The notes beneath the pieces are model-generated. The model searched no databases and was not told the DNA's origin. It was given only the letters and a program-made list of their open reading frames with translations. A stretch of DNA of 64,000 nt. Origin: the human T2T-CHM13v2.0 reference genome, Homo sapiens. The position numbers and the translations under genes are program-made. The DNA is taken from NCBI RefSeq assembly GCF_009914755.1, contig NC_060930.1, one strand, 5' to 3'. The first letter of the stretch is position 1. Each line of letters opens with the position of its first letter. Below are positions 15,766 through 31,625 of this stretch, piece after piece.

Positions 15766-17484
15766 CTGTTAGTTGTATATCATTGTATATCATACTCCTA
15801 TTCCTTAATCTGGTAATGTATTATCAATCTGAAAATTATCAAGCATAAAGAATGTTTTAATGAAGTAAGAAGTGTTGTGATATAATGAATAAAAGCCCGT
15901 TTGGCTTTCCTTTTAAATGTCATTCTAAGTATGAATTTTGCTCTTGGATTTGAAAGCAGTGAAATTACAGAGAAATGGAAGTAATTCTCTTGTAAAAACA
16001 CATCAGAGTTACTTCTCAGTTTAAAAGAAATGCATTTATTGTTCTTGGCATATGTAAGAATTTGTATTAAATATGTAATAATCTTGACTTTCTTTTTAAA
16101 AATCAAAATCATGAGTACTTTGTACCAACTAAAGCATTTGTTTTATATCAAAATTATTAAAAGAAATATATTTTAAACAAGTTAGGTAACCTTAATGTAT
16201 ATTATGAGGAAAGTCATAATCAAATCAGAACTTACTATGTTGGAAATTAACTTGTGATAAAAAGAAAAAAATCCACCCTAAATTGTATTCCCTGATGGGA
16301 AGAATCTTATCTAGGCTAAGGCTGATAAAAGTATGAAATTGTATTTAAGTTTTGCTTCTATTTAGATTGGGGAACTTTGGTTTGGTGCTAGATGCAACTG
16401 TCGTAAATATACCATGTATGCATCTTCTCTGTTAAATGATTATTTTATGTAGTGTTAGGCATTTAGCCAACAAGAGTTAATCTAATTAAGCTGTGAAGAT
16501 GTTTGTTAACTACCATATATGTAATTTCTGGCCAAGTTCTCTTAGCCATTGATTGTAGAAGGAGGAATATGGTTTATTCTTTGAGATATTAATGTATAGC
16601 CTTTTGGAAAACAAGTGGCCTTGGCAAACACATTTACAAAGTCATGCTATCTCAAGTGCAGTTGGGCTTTTCATTGTGTTGAGATTTTTGACTTGTATGT
16701 TCTCATCTATCCGTCATTCTTGACTATACTAAGAAGGCATTCATAGACTCTTCTTCCTGAGCATTTTCCTAATTTACTAAGTAGAAAAAACAAAACAAAA
16801 CTGTAAGGTGGAACTGGAAGTTAAGGATTTTTTTTCTTAATTGTGTTACATCTTTCTGGTAAGTACCTACGTCTACAGCTATAAATTTTTTTATGTGTAT
16901 GTTTCAGCTTCCATATATTAGAGTATGGTTAAAATTTTTGCAGGTTTGATTAGAAAAATAAATTTTAATGTATGAGTAAAAAGTTTCTCATTGTGCATCG
17001 TTTGAATGTCATTAAAACCAGACTTGCAAGTTTGAATGTCACATAGCTCAGTCTCTGATACTGTAATAGATCAGCTTGACTTAGCTCTGAAGTAGTTTAA
17101 TGAAGTCAGATAATTTTCTAAAGAGAATTAACATCTGAAATGTAGTTGCATAATTATGGCATTATCAATAGGAATACATAATGGTTCAATCATTTATGCT
17201 TTATTCTTTTAGAGCTTAATTTTTTCACTTAATTTGGATTGTATGTGCAATCCAAATTATGTGAAATTATATATGCATTGGCTTGTATATCCCTTTTCTT
17301 TTTTTCCACGGTGCTCTGGAATCCTTGGAAATATGATTAGACAGGAGACCGAAATCCCATTTTCCAGATCACATTAGTTTATATTTTTGTTTAATTTCCC
17401 TGGATATGTTTTACTATTTGCGGAAAGGTTACCCTTAAAATGGGTGAGGATATAAGAAGACTTGTATAGATCTCTTTCTCTTTG

Positions 17485-18265
17485 ATGTTGCTGAGACCTT
17501 GGACTTTTTGGCTGCAAGAGACTTAATACCCAACTGAAAGTGGCCTAAAAAATGCTATTTCTACTATATGGTAATTGACCTTTTTAAACAAAATTCAATT
17601 AAGTGCAAACTTATATTTTGTAAATACAATAAAAATGCTGCAGCAGTATAAAATTACTATGAAGTTTCTAAATGTTTGCTCTCTGTTCCTGTATTTATCC
17701 CACTGTGGATTGGAAGCAAACCTTTTTTGCAGACTAGCAGTAGCACATGGACCATCTTTTGAGTAACACAAGCATAAACTACACAATTATTATTTCACTT
17801 AACAAGAAGTCTGGATTTGGTGGTTCCAGGTTGGGTTCAGCAGCTCTGCAATTTGCTTGTCTTTCTCCATTACGTAGTTAAAAAATGACTACAGCACCTC
17901 TGAGCATGCCCTCCTCAAATGAGGACATCCAAAGCTAGAGGAAGACGGAGGAAAAAAAGGAAGCTTTCCTTCGTCTCTATTTTCTATATTAATGGGGAAT
18001 AAAACTTTCCCCAGTGATTCATCTGCCACTTTGCCAACTTCCGACTCCCAGAAAACTTCCCTTTACATGTTATTTGCCAGATCTGGGTCACATAGCCACA
18101 TCATCAATTGTGTGCCAAAAGGAATAATGGATTGCTATACTGGCTTAGACCAATTTTGATTTCTCCCCTGGCACTGTGTCTAGGGCCACCAGAAGTAAAT
18201 GGGGATTTTATTAGTGAGAAGGATGGAGTAATAGCTAGGTATGTTACCAAGTATTAACTGCCACA
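17485..18265 (-). mobile_element. Old MaLR LTR (MLT1K/L-like) with an internal hAT-like insertion (~17560-17770)
   Basis: GGCTGCAAGAGAC...CCCAACTGAAAGTGGC and GCCAGATCTGGGTCACATAGCCAC...CTGCCACA motifs; highly diverged. Confidence 0.5.
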
Positions 18266-20174
18266 CTGACAAGAGAGGTCAGAGTGTCTTAGACATTGAA
18301 TTTAATAACTTGTTTCTTTGTGTTATAGTTAAGAAAGGCATACAAAGTTGATAAGAAAATGGTAAATGCATTAGCCTGTGAGACCCAGTGTGCTTGATAC
18401 TGAACTATGACTCCTCTTGGTGAGTCCTGGAATGTGCCATGGGGCATTGCTGTACTTGGCTGCTAGCTGGAATATCTGATTTGAACCATAGTTTAATAAC
18501 TGGCCAGGTAGTTTGAAACAATAGAACATTATTATTGTTATTGATAGAATCTTTATTGTGTAATGTATATTATTAGGACTTTCAAATGTGTTTCATTTTT
18601 AGAAGCTACATAATACATATTTTAAGCAGCGATTTATTTCTGATTATTTTTGCAGTATGTTAGAAAAGTAAAATAATTTGACATGTTAAGACGTGTTCCA
18701 TCCATCTTCAGGGTACTTCTCATGACATTTCATTTGAGCAACTAGGCTTTGTATTTTGTTACTGCTTGCATTTAGCACTCAATTCTTACTTTTAGATAAT
18801 AAGAAAAAACAGGTATTTTAAAAAAGGACATGTAGCTGCTAATAATAGCATGAGTCCTATGGTTCCTTCTCTGTTCATATCCTAGCTGACAACACATACA
18901 AGCATTGCTTTGCTGGAATATTCTGAAATTAACAATTTTGAATAAGTTTATACATGTATGTTTATAAATCCTTTCCCAGTTAACATTTTTTAATTTTGTG
19001 TTTTTAAGTAAATAGCACTTCAGTTTGAGTCCCTATAGGTTGACTATTATCAAATTTGAGATGCTTACATGAGTGATCCCCGATTGCTGATATTTGGACA
19101 TTTGGGTCTCAATAGAGAGATTGCAGGTTGAATGGAAAGACCATGAACCTGAGAGCCAGAAGCCCTCAGCTCTCTTGTTCTGACACTGTTACTATCTGAA
19201 TGGCTGCGAAGAAGCCCTTTATTTCTTTGAGATGTGGTTGCCTTTTCTGTAACATGTGATCTGTATTGTTCTACCTCATTGGGTTGTGTAGATAGAGTTA
19301 ATACTCTAAACAATTTCACAAATATATAGTGGATATTATTATTAATAGTAAGTTTTATGGAGTAAACATATTAAAAGGTACTCAAAGTGTCGGAAGTATG
19401 GCCAGACTAACACTATCACATTAGTTATAATTGTTGCTAATTCACAAAACCAGATTGCTTTATCAGTTTATTTCAAGATAAGCACACAGTTCTGGTATTG
19501 TAGAGTTCTTGATAATCTGAGATTTGAATATCAACATATAGAACAGCAGTAGTTATTCTAAATTCAATTTTTATTTTGAAACAATTTAAACTATCTTGAC
19601 AATTCATCCTAGTTTTCAGTATGTTAAAAGTGACTCTAGCCAAATGGCAGAGCAGGCAGCTCCAAACACACTAATCTCTTTACAGAAACATCGGAAGATG
19701 AGCAGAAACTGTCAGAAACAACTTTATCGAAACTCTCAAAATAGTCAAAGCGTTATAGTAACTAAATGTTTTCATCACCACACACACACAACAACCCTGT
19801 ATGTTTTAGCTATCACTTCTCTATCCCCCAAACCCGGAGTCCTCATATCCACTTGCTGTCTAAAATTTCCTTCTTTGGGACATTTCATATAAATGGAATC
19901 ATACAATACGTGGTCTTTTGTGACTGGCTTCTTTAACTTAGTATAATGTTTTCTAAGTTCATCTGTGTTGTAGCCTGCATCATATCAGTGCTGCTCTCCC
20001 TTTGATGACTGAGCATAATTCCATTATATGGTTGTTACCATTTTTTGTTTAGTCATTCATTAGTTGATGGGCATTTTGGTTGTTTCAACGTAGAGCACCA
20101 AAATACATGAAGCAAAACTGACAGAAATGGATAATTTGACAAATAGTTGGAGATTTCAGTCCCCCCCCCCGCCT

Positions 20175-20356
<182 letters not shown>

Positions 20357-20477
20357 CATAGAACAACTAGACAGAAGATAAACAAGGAAATAGAAGACTT
20401 GCATAACACTGTTTAAGCAGCTAGAGCTAATACATTTATAGCACATTTCACTTAACAACAAAGTATACATTATTCTT

Positions 20478-20772
20478 TTTTGTTGTTGTTGAGACTGAGT
20501 CTCGCTCTGTCGCTTAGGCTGGAGTGCAGTGGTGGATCTCGGCTCACTGCAACCTCTGGCCTCCCAGATTCAAGCGATTCTCCTATCTCAGCCTCCCGAG
20601 TAGTTGGGATTACAGGTGCATGCTGCCATACCCTGCTAATTTTTTGTATTTTAGTAGAGATGGGGTTTCACTGTGTTGCCCAGGTTAGTCTCGAACCCCT
20701 GAACTCAGGCAATCCACTCGCCTCGCCCTCCCAAAGTGCTGAGATTACAGGCGTGAGCCATAGTGCCCGGCC
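20478..20772 (-). mobile_element. AluS
   Basis: Antisense dimer; TSD AAAGTATACATTATTCTT. Confidence 0.9.
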
Positions 20773-21052
20773 AAAGTATACATTATTCTTAAGGGCACAT
20801 GGGACAGTCTCCAGTATAGACAACGTAGTAGGCCATAACATAAACCTCAATAAATTTAAAAGGATGGAAATAATACAAATCATTTTCTCTGACCATATGG
20901 GATGAAATTAGAAATCAATAGCAGAAAGAAATTTGGAAACTCAAATACGTGGAAATTACAGCATACTCTTAAACAATTAGCTGGTCAAAGAAATCAGAAA
21001 ATACTTTCAGATGAATTCAAATGAAGACATAGCATGTGAAAATGTATAGGAT

Positions 21053-21170
21053 GAGCAGGGTGTGGTAGCACGTGCCTGTAGTCCCAGCTACTTGGGAAAC
21101 TGAGGTGGAAGGATCCCTTGAGCCCAGGAATTTGAGGCCAGCCTGGGGAAGCAACATAGTGAGATGCTCT
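21053..21170 (+). mobile_element. FLAM/Alu monomer
   Basis: GTGCCTGTAGTCCCAGCTAC...GCAACATAGTGAGA. Confidence 0.75.
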
Positions 21171-21786
21171 TAAACATTTTTTAAAAAATGTATTGGATGG
21201 AGCTTAAGTAGTGCTTACAGAGAAATTTACAGCTGTCAATGCCTATGTTAAGAGGGAAGAAAGATCTCAAATCAATACCCTGTCCTTCTACCTTCACTAG
21301 AAAAAGAAGAGCAAGTGAAATCTGAAGCAAACAGAAAGAAGAACAAAAATAAAGATTAGAGCAGAAATTAATAGAGAATAGAAAAATAACAGTAAATCAA
21401 TGAAATCAAAAGCTGGTTCTTAGGAAAGAGCAACAAAATTGACAAACATTTATATAGATTGAACAAGATACAAAGCGAGACTCAATTAGCAGAATTAAAA
21501 ATGAAAGAGGAGACACTACTGTTGACCTTACAGAAATACAAAGGATTATAAAAGAATACTGTGAACAAATTGTACACCAGCAGATTATATAACTTAGAGG
21601 AAATGCATCAGTTCTTAGACTCTGAACTTCTGAAACAGACTCAGAAAGTAGAAGAAAATTAGAATAGGCCTGTAACAAGTGCAGAGATTGATTCAGTAAT
21701 TAAAAAGCTACCTCTTAAGAAAAACTTAGCTCTAGATGGAATTCTGAGGGATTCTACCAAACATTTAAAGAATTAATACCAGTTCT

Positions 21787-21816
21787 ACACACACACACAC
21801 GCATGCACACACACAC
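21787..21816 (+). repeat. Interrupted (CA)n microsatellite
   Basis: Directly visible. Confidence 0.85.
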
Positions 21817-22286
21817 GTTTAGGAGGAAGCACTTCCCAACTCATGAGGCCATTAATACCCAAATACCAAGACCAAAAGTAAAGTATCATAATCACATTCC
21901 AATATCTCTTATGAATATGTATGCCAAAATCCTTAACAAAATGCTAGTAAACCAAATCAGAGATGCATAAAAAGAATTGTATCCCATGACTAAGTGAGAT
22001 AATCTCAGGAGTATAAGGTTGGTTTAACATCTGAAAATCAATTAATGTAATACATCAACAGAATGAAAAACAAATTATATCATCATCTCAATAGAGGCAG
22101 AAAAAGCATTTTATGAAACAACACTTTTGATAAAAACATTCAACAAACTATGAATCGAGTGGAACTTCCTCAATCTGATAAAAGGCTTCTAGCTATTACT
22201 TTTTAACTGTGTTATTTTAGTGGTTACTTTTATCTTTAACGTATGACAGTCTGCCTTCAAGTGATACTATACAATTTCAGGATCTT

Positions 22287-22597
<311 letters not shown>

Positions 22598-22716
22598 CAG
22601 GACCTTTGTTTCTATCTCTTCAACTTTGTGTTATTGTTGTCATGCACTTTCACTTCTCCATATGTTATAAAACCCGTACTACACTGTTACTAATTTTGCT
22701 TTACACATTTGTCTTA

Positions 22717-23046
<330 letters not shown>

Positions 23047-23131
23047 TTACTTGTGCTCATTTCTTTGTGTAGGTTCATATTTTCATTTGGTATAATTCTC
23101 CTGCTCCTTGAAATCCTTCCTTTCCTTTCCC

Positions 23132-23416
<285 letters not shown>

Positions 23417-24076
23417 TAATATTTCTTGTGGTGCAGATCTGCTCGTGAGGAATTCCTTTAGCTTTTATGTTTGGAAATGTCTTTGTTTCTTCGTTTTTGA
23501 AATATATTTTTGCTGAGTATAGAATTCTAAGTTGATAGATTTTTCTGTCAGTATCCTAAAGATGTTGCTCTACTGTCTTTTAGCATGCAACATCTCTAAT
23601 GAGAAATCTGTCACTGTCCTTATCTTCTTTCGTTTATATATAATGTGATTTTCCTGGCTGCTTTTAATAATTTGTCTTTATCACTGGTTTTAATTAAGCA
23701 GCTTTATTATGTGATGTGCGTTGGTGTAGTTTTCTTTGTATTTTTTGTGTTTAGTTTTGTAGAGATTTTTGGATCAAAGGGCTTATTATGTTTCCAATCA
23801 GTTTTTAAACATTTCTGCCATTATTTCTTCAAAAAATTTTTTGCCTCCCTTCTACCTCTTCATAGACTTCAGTTATACATATATTAAGCCTTTTAAAGTT
23901 TCCTCACTCATAGATCCTTTTTATTTTCTTCATTTTTTACTGTTTTGTTTTATTGTGACTATTTACTGCTAGGTCTTCAGGTTCCTTTTTTCTTCATTGC
24001 TTAATCTGCTCTTAATTTCATCCAGTGTTTTTATCATCTCAATATAGTTTACATCTGTAAGAGTTCTATTACGTTC

Positions 24077-24271
<195 letters not shown>

Positions 24272-25249
24272 TGATTTAGTACAAAAAACATGAACATACG
24301 GAATACAGTTATATTTATTGGTTTAATGTCTTTGGTTACTATTCTATCATCTGTTTCAATTCTGGATCACTTTTGATTGAGTTGATTTTTCTTGTCACTG
24401 TGGGTCATATTTTCCTGCTTCTTTGCATGCTAGTTAAAAGTTTAAATTGTATACCAGAGATTGTGAACTTTACCTTGTTTTCATAGATATTTTTGTATTC
24501 TTGTAAATATTCCTGACTTTATTTTGGCATGCTGTTAAGTTTCTTGGGCAGAGTTCAGTCATTTCTTGTCTTTCTAAGTTTTGTTAGGCTGTGGTGTACC
24601 AAATCAACATTTAATCTAGGGTTCATTTACTCCACTACTGAGGCAAAACCCTTTTGAGCACTCTACCCTGTGTCCTATGAATTGTGAGGTTTTCCATTCT
24701 TACTGATGGGAACACGCACTATTCTAGGCCCTGTGTAAGCTATGGCATTTGTTCCCTCTAGTTATTTTCAGAAGTCTTTGTCCTTCCTTACATTGAGTAG
24801 ATTTACAGATGTCATCATAATGGTTATGGTTATACTGATTTTGTTTCTTATTTGAAACAGAAAGCTCAGCTTTTCACTGTTAGGTTTGATGTTCCATTTT
24901 GGCTTTATTTAAACCTTTTTTCTTTTTCTTTTACAGTATCCTTTTTTTCTGAAAGAAAGTTTCCTTCTGTTGCCTTTGATTTTTTTTGTTTTACAAAAAA
25001 CCGTGGATGAATATTAATTTTTATCCAGTTATTTTTCTCTGTCCATTGGATGCTCAAGTTTTTTTCTCCTTTATTTTGTTAATGTGGCCTATTACATAAA
25101 TGTTTGAGTATTAAATCAGCCTTGGACTCCCATGAAAAAACCCAACTTTATTGTACCATGGTATTTTATTGCCCATTTTGGTTTGCTAAATTTTGTTTAC
25201 ATTCTTTGTATCTGTGTTCATGAATGAGGCTGGTGTCTTAATTTTTTTC

Positions 25250-25259
25250 CTCTTTCTTT

Positions 25260-25314
<55 letters not shown>

Positions 25315-25441
25315 CTCTTTCTCTCTCTTTCTCTTTTTCTTTCTCTCTCTCTTTCTTTCTTTTCTTTCTTTCTTGCCTTCCTGCCTTCCTGCCTGCCTGC
25401 CTTCTGTTTTGTGTGTGTGTGTGTCTGTGTGTGTGTGTGTG
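25250..25441 (+). repeat. Compound microsatellite (TTTC)n/(CCTG)n/(GT)n
   Basis: Directly visible. Confidence 0.95.
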
Positions 25442-27621
25442 TTTTAAATACCTATAATGCCCTTATTGAGTTTTGGCATCAAGGTTATGCTGGTCTCATC
25501 AGGTGAGTGGATGAGTGCTCCTTCTCTTGCCCTGCTGTGTTTAAGATGGATTTATTTCTTAACTCTTTGTAGAAATTGCCAGTAAAGCCAACCGAGACTG
25601 AGATTTTCTTCATTTCTAATGAAGTTCTAAATTTTGGATTTATTTTCTTCTTCACTGTAGGATTGGTTAGATTTTGTTTATTCTTTTTGGTTTTGGTAAG
25701 TTTTTTTTCCCTAGAAGTTTAAAATTTATAATTTATTAACATGATATTGTTGATAATATCCTCTTTTTAAATTTAGATATGACTTACATATAATAACAAG
25801 TATGATGTTAAATTTACAACGTAATGAATTTTCATACATGTATATTTCTATCTATATATGTCTATATTTGTGTAATCAACAGCTAGAGCAAGGTAAAGAA
25901 TATTTCCTTCATACCTGTAGGCTCCTTCTTGCCCTCTTCTACTTAAAGCCTTGTCTGTACGTAACTATTATTTTGATCTCTATCACTGTAGTTTTAGTTT
26001 TATCTGTTTTAAACATCATGTAACTAGAATCATAGGCACTTCTTCATGTCTGGTGTGTTTTGCTCAACATTATGTCTGTAAGGTTCATCTTTGTTGTTGC
26101 TTATGGTAGTAATTCTCATCCCATTGTGTGAATACAGAACAGTTTATGGATTTATTCACTTGTGGGTAGACATTGGCTTATCTTCCGTCTTTGTTAGGTG
26201 TAATGCTGCTGTGAATGTTGCTTTATATGTCTCTTGGAAGAAATTCAGCTTCGTATTTCAAGAGTATATAGATGAGAGGGAATCGGTGAGTCATAGGTTA
26301 TCAATGCTAAGCTTTTGCGGTAGTGGCTATACCAGTTTACTCTCCCAGCATCAGCGGATTAGTATTTCAGTGTTCCACACCTTTGCCAGAATTTGGATAT
26401 TTTCAGTCTTCTAGCCTCTGGTGGAGTTATATTGGTGTGGCATTTTAATTTTAATTTGCATTGTCTGATGTCTACTGATGTTGAACTGTTTTCCATTTTT
26501 TTATTGACCGCATAGATGTCTGCATTTTTGAAGTGCCTGTTCAAGTCTTTTGTCCAATTTAAATTGGGAATCAACAGTCAGCAAGTAGTCAGAAAAGAAT
26601 AGCAAAAACACACAAAATAAATAAATTGGGAGTCAGTCTTCTTATTGATTTATAGTTCTTTTTATAGTTTACGCACATACCCACACACACACCCCATGTA
26701 TGTGTATTGCAGCTATCTTCTCCCAATCTGTGGTTGACTTTTTTATTCCCTTAGTGTTATCTTTTGATGAACAGAAGTTCTCAATTTTAATGCAGTGTTA
26801 TCTATCATTGTTTTATGTGGTCAGGACTCTTTGTGTTTTAAGATATCTTTTCCTATTACAGAGTTAAAAAAGACATTCGAGTTCATTCTTCTAGTTTTAT
26901 TGTTTTATATTTCGCATTTGGGTCTACTGTACACATTTACATGTGATGTAAAGTAATGGTGAAAGTTCATTTTTTTTTCACACTGATATCAAGTTGACCC
27001 AGCTCCGTTTATTGAAAAGACCATTTTCCCTAGTGCTTGCTGTGGTAGTGTTAAGCCACATGCAGGTCTGTTTCTGGACTTTTAATTCTGTTCCATTGGT
27101 CTGTTTGTCTGTTTCTACATCAGTGACATGCTGTCTCTATTGCTGTAGCTTTCAGATAGGTTTTCATATCTGGTAGTGTAAGTCCTTCAGGTTTTTTATT
27201 ATTCTTCATGATTGTCTTAGCTATTCCACAGCCTTTGAATTTTCATATAAATTTTAGAGTCAGACTGTCAATTTCAGTTAAAAAGAAATGCTGTGGTTTT
27301 GATTGAAATTCTATTGAATCTAAGCATAGTATATATATTTCCATTTATGTAAGTCTTTAATTTCCCTCAGAAGTGTTTTATAATTTTCAGTGTAGCAACC
27401 CTGTACATCTTTTAGATTTATTTCTTGGTATTTGATATCTTTTGATATAAGTACTATGATTTAAATTTCACTTTTTAACTTGTTTATTGTTTTAAATGAG
27501 GAAATAAAATTAATTTTTGTATGTTGACCTTATTCAGTGACCTTGCTAAATTCATTAGTTAATTCTAATATTTTACAGATTTCTTTCCATGATACCCAGT
27601 CATGTTATGTATGAATAATGA

Positions 27622-27942
<321 letters not shown>

Positions 27943-30102
27943 ATTCGTTTCTGATTTTTAAGATTCCTTTTTCTTTTGATGATGTTGGCACCACTAATCT
28001 TTTTGATTCTTATTTGACTTTCCTTGCTTAATTCCACTTGCTAGAATCTCTACTATAATGTTGAGTAGTTGTGGTGATAGTGTACCTTCTTACTTTTTTC
28101 CTGCATCGGGGAAAAGCGTGCAATATTTCACCATTTAATGTGATATTAACCTATTATTGTTAGCCTTTAACAATAGTGGCTGAGTAGCCACTATTATTGT
28201 TAAAATGTGCCCAGCCTGTTCATTTTTGTGTTGTGACTTTTTCTGAGGTTTCATGAATGCTTTAATGATCCGAAGTTATTGTTCATTTGTCCAATTTAGA
28301 TGTATATTTGTATTTAAATTGTAGATGTAAACTAATACTTGAAATAAGCACTGTTTAAATAGGATTGATCTAATTTTAGCCCTTATGTTTTAGACGTTAG
28401 AGATGCCCGTTATTATCTTTGCATATTTCAAATAAAATTTCTTTACAATTCTTTAATTGCCCTGTTTTGAAGAAATAATACAACTAATGCACATGGTAAA
28501 AATTTAAACAGTTCAAAATGGTTTACAGTGAAAAGTAAATATTTTTACTTCCGTTCACAGTTCCATTACCCCGAGGGCAACCTATGTAACCATGGTGTTT
28601 TTTGATGGGGAGTATCCTTCTACTTTGTACTGTGCTTAACCATTATACATTTAAACAGTATATGTTTGGGCATGTACTATACATACTATTCAGCTTCTTA
28701 TGATGTGTTTTATTGATTGTTTTATAACAGTGTATGTAGAATTACGTCATTCTTTTGGGTAAGATTGTTTTATATCAGTATATGTAGAATTATTCTTTTG
28801 GGTAGTGTCATATTATACTCAATAGATTCAGCATACTTTAGTCTCTTTTTATGGACATTTAGGTTATTACCAATCTTGTTTTAACTGTTTAACTGTGATT
28901 TAGTTATGTAACTATTTTAAACAATACTGCAGAAACCCTTGCAATACAAGTTTTTCTGCGTATGTGTGGGAATTTCTTCCCATATTATCTTAATGTTTTT
29001 ATTTATAACTTCTTTTATACTGTGTTCTGAGAACATTACATAGCAAAGTACTCTTTCAGTACTCTTGAGAATTAGAAATTACTATTCAAAATTTTACTCT
29101 CTTGGAATAGGCTTGCAGAAGACATCTCTTTTTCAAGAGGAGAAACTCATCTTACAAATGGTGTTTGAGCAAACTTCCTTTTGTGTAGAAATTCAGTGTA
29201 AAATTTTAATATCAAATAATGGGCAATATTGAGTTGTTGCAATTTTCATTACTTTTAAACTGATTTAGTTTTCTAAGTAGAGTGCACTAGTTCTGTAGAT
29301 TTTTTTCCCCTCTTTTTGGAAAAGCACTAGTATTTTGTAAAGAATACATTACTTGCTTGTTGTTAGTATTTGTAGTAACAAGGTTATTAACTCATTCAAC
29401 AAATACTTGTCACAGGTCTGTTATGTTCCAGGTAGCGGAAATTCCATGCTATGGAAATATATCAGTAAAGAGTTCGTCATGGAGCTTTTATGGAGTTGCA
29501 GAATCGGGTGGGGCAAGAATAAAATAATTGATTTAATTGTAAATAATAAAAATATGTTGGCAGGCTAATTGGTGATCAATACTAGGAGAAAAATAAAGCA
29601 TGCAGGCAGAATATGGAGTGCCGAGATTCAGAGTTTAAAATAGGATATACCTTAGGGAAGGACCTACAAGAAACTGGTGGTTGCTTTTAATAGAGGGGAA
29701 CTGAGTGTGTGAAAGACAGGAGTGGGAATGAGACATACGTTTCACTAGTACTTTTTTTGTGCCTACTGAATTTTTTTTTAACATGCAGTATGTTTATTGG
29801 AATAAATTCAATTTTATTGAAAGATAGGCTACTGTGGTGTTAGAGGTGAGGGAGCAAGGGAGCAAGCCGTCCAATTTTTGGCAATTCATTCTGGTGCTTT
29901 CACTGTGGCCAGGCCTTCTTACTCAGAAATGAGTAGTAAGTGGTTCTATAATCGTATATTCCTACCGATAGCATATTAAGGAAGGAAAAGGGCATCCTGA
30001 GAAAGCAAGGGAGATTTGAGTGGTAAATGGGTAAGAGATGAAAAGTTATCAAATCCAGAAAAACCTTTTACTGTTATTTTAAATCATGAACAAGGCTGTG
30101 TT

Positions 30103-30376
30103 GGCCAGGTGTGGTGGCTCCCGCTTGTAATCCCGACACTTGAACTGAAGTTCGAGACCAGCCTGGGCAACATGGTGAAAACCCTTCTCTTGAAAAATAC
30201 AAAAATTAGCGAGACGTGGTGGCACACACCTGTAGTCCTAGTTACTCATCAGGAGGCTGAGGTAGGAGGAGGATTGCTTGAGCCCAGGAGATTGAGGCTG
30301 CAGTGAGCCGACATTGTGCCACTGTGCTCCAGCCTGGGTGACAGAGTGAGACCATGTTTCAATAACAACAAAAAAA
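30103..30376 (+). mobile_element. AluJ with left-arm deletion
   Basis: Diverged dimer. Confidence 0.8.
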
Positions 30377-30909
30377 GGATGTGTTTGTCTTTCTAATATG
30401 GAAATGAAATCATCAATTACTAACTTCCAGTATGTTTCAGTTAAGCCTTTTAGAGGGGCTTCAGCCTTTTGAATGAAAGCAGTGAGGTTGAGTGAAGGTT
30501 TGATACTCACTTCCATGTTCTGTTTGCTGCATCTGAACCACTAGCAGACTGACTTGAGGTTTCTCTCACAAAAGCTGAAGGGATTCACAGGTGCTTAGGT
30601 TAAGTACTGGAGAGACCTTCTTGCTGAGGCCTTTAACAAAATTGCAAAAGACAAAAGTAATTTAATTCCTTACTTGGTTCTCTGGTGCTGTATATAAAAC
30701 CAATTGACATGTAACACTTGTAGCTGTTGAGGGTTAATTTTAAATATTCTGTTAGTTTGTTGAGTGTCCTCTGGTAATTCTGTTTTTAAATTCAGCGTTT
30801 GTATTTGTATATTTGGAAAGTATAGATACTGCCTGCAAAGGGTAAAGGTGGGGTTAATTTGGAATCTGAATATAAAATATTTGTTATAAAATGAATATAA
30901 TAGCATTAT

Positions 30910-31270
<361 letters not shown>

Positions 31271-31481
31271 TAACGTTAGTAAAAATTATAAAAGAAAATG
31301 TTGTTCATATCTTTTCAGGTGTGTTAGACCCTTCTAGTTCTTGTCTGTTGCTTCCACATCTGTTTCCAATAGCTGTAATCATGAATTAGATCCCATTTCC
31401 TTTTTTAAAAAAGTAATTTTAATTGAATGTAGACTTTTTCTTTTCAGATAGAGATGCAGCAGCAAGCTTCTTTTACTTACT

Positions 31482-31625
31482 TTTTTTTTTTTTTTTTTTT
31501 TTTTAAGAGATGATGTCTCACTATATTGTCCAGGCTGGACTTGAATTCCTGGGCTCAGGTGATTCTCCTGCTTCGGCTTCCCAGGTAGCTGGGACTATAT
31601 ATAGGCATGAGCAACTGCACTGGCC
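31482..31625 (-). mobile_element. FLAM/Alu monomer
   Basis: Poly(T) plus single arm. Confidence 0.8.

Noticed and set aside
25193-25447. Hydrophobic 84-aa ORF
   Set aside because: Translation of the (TTTC)n/(GT)n microsatellite.
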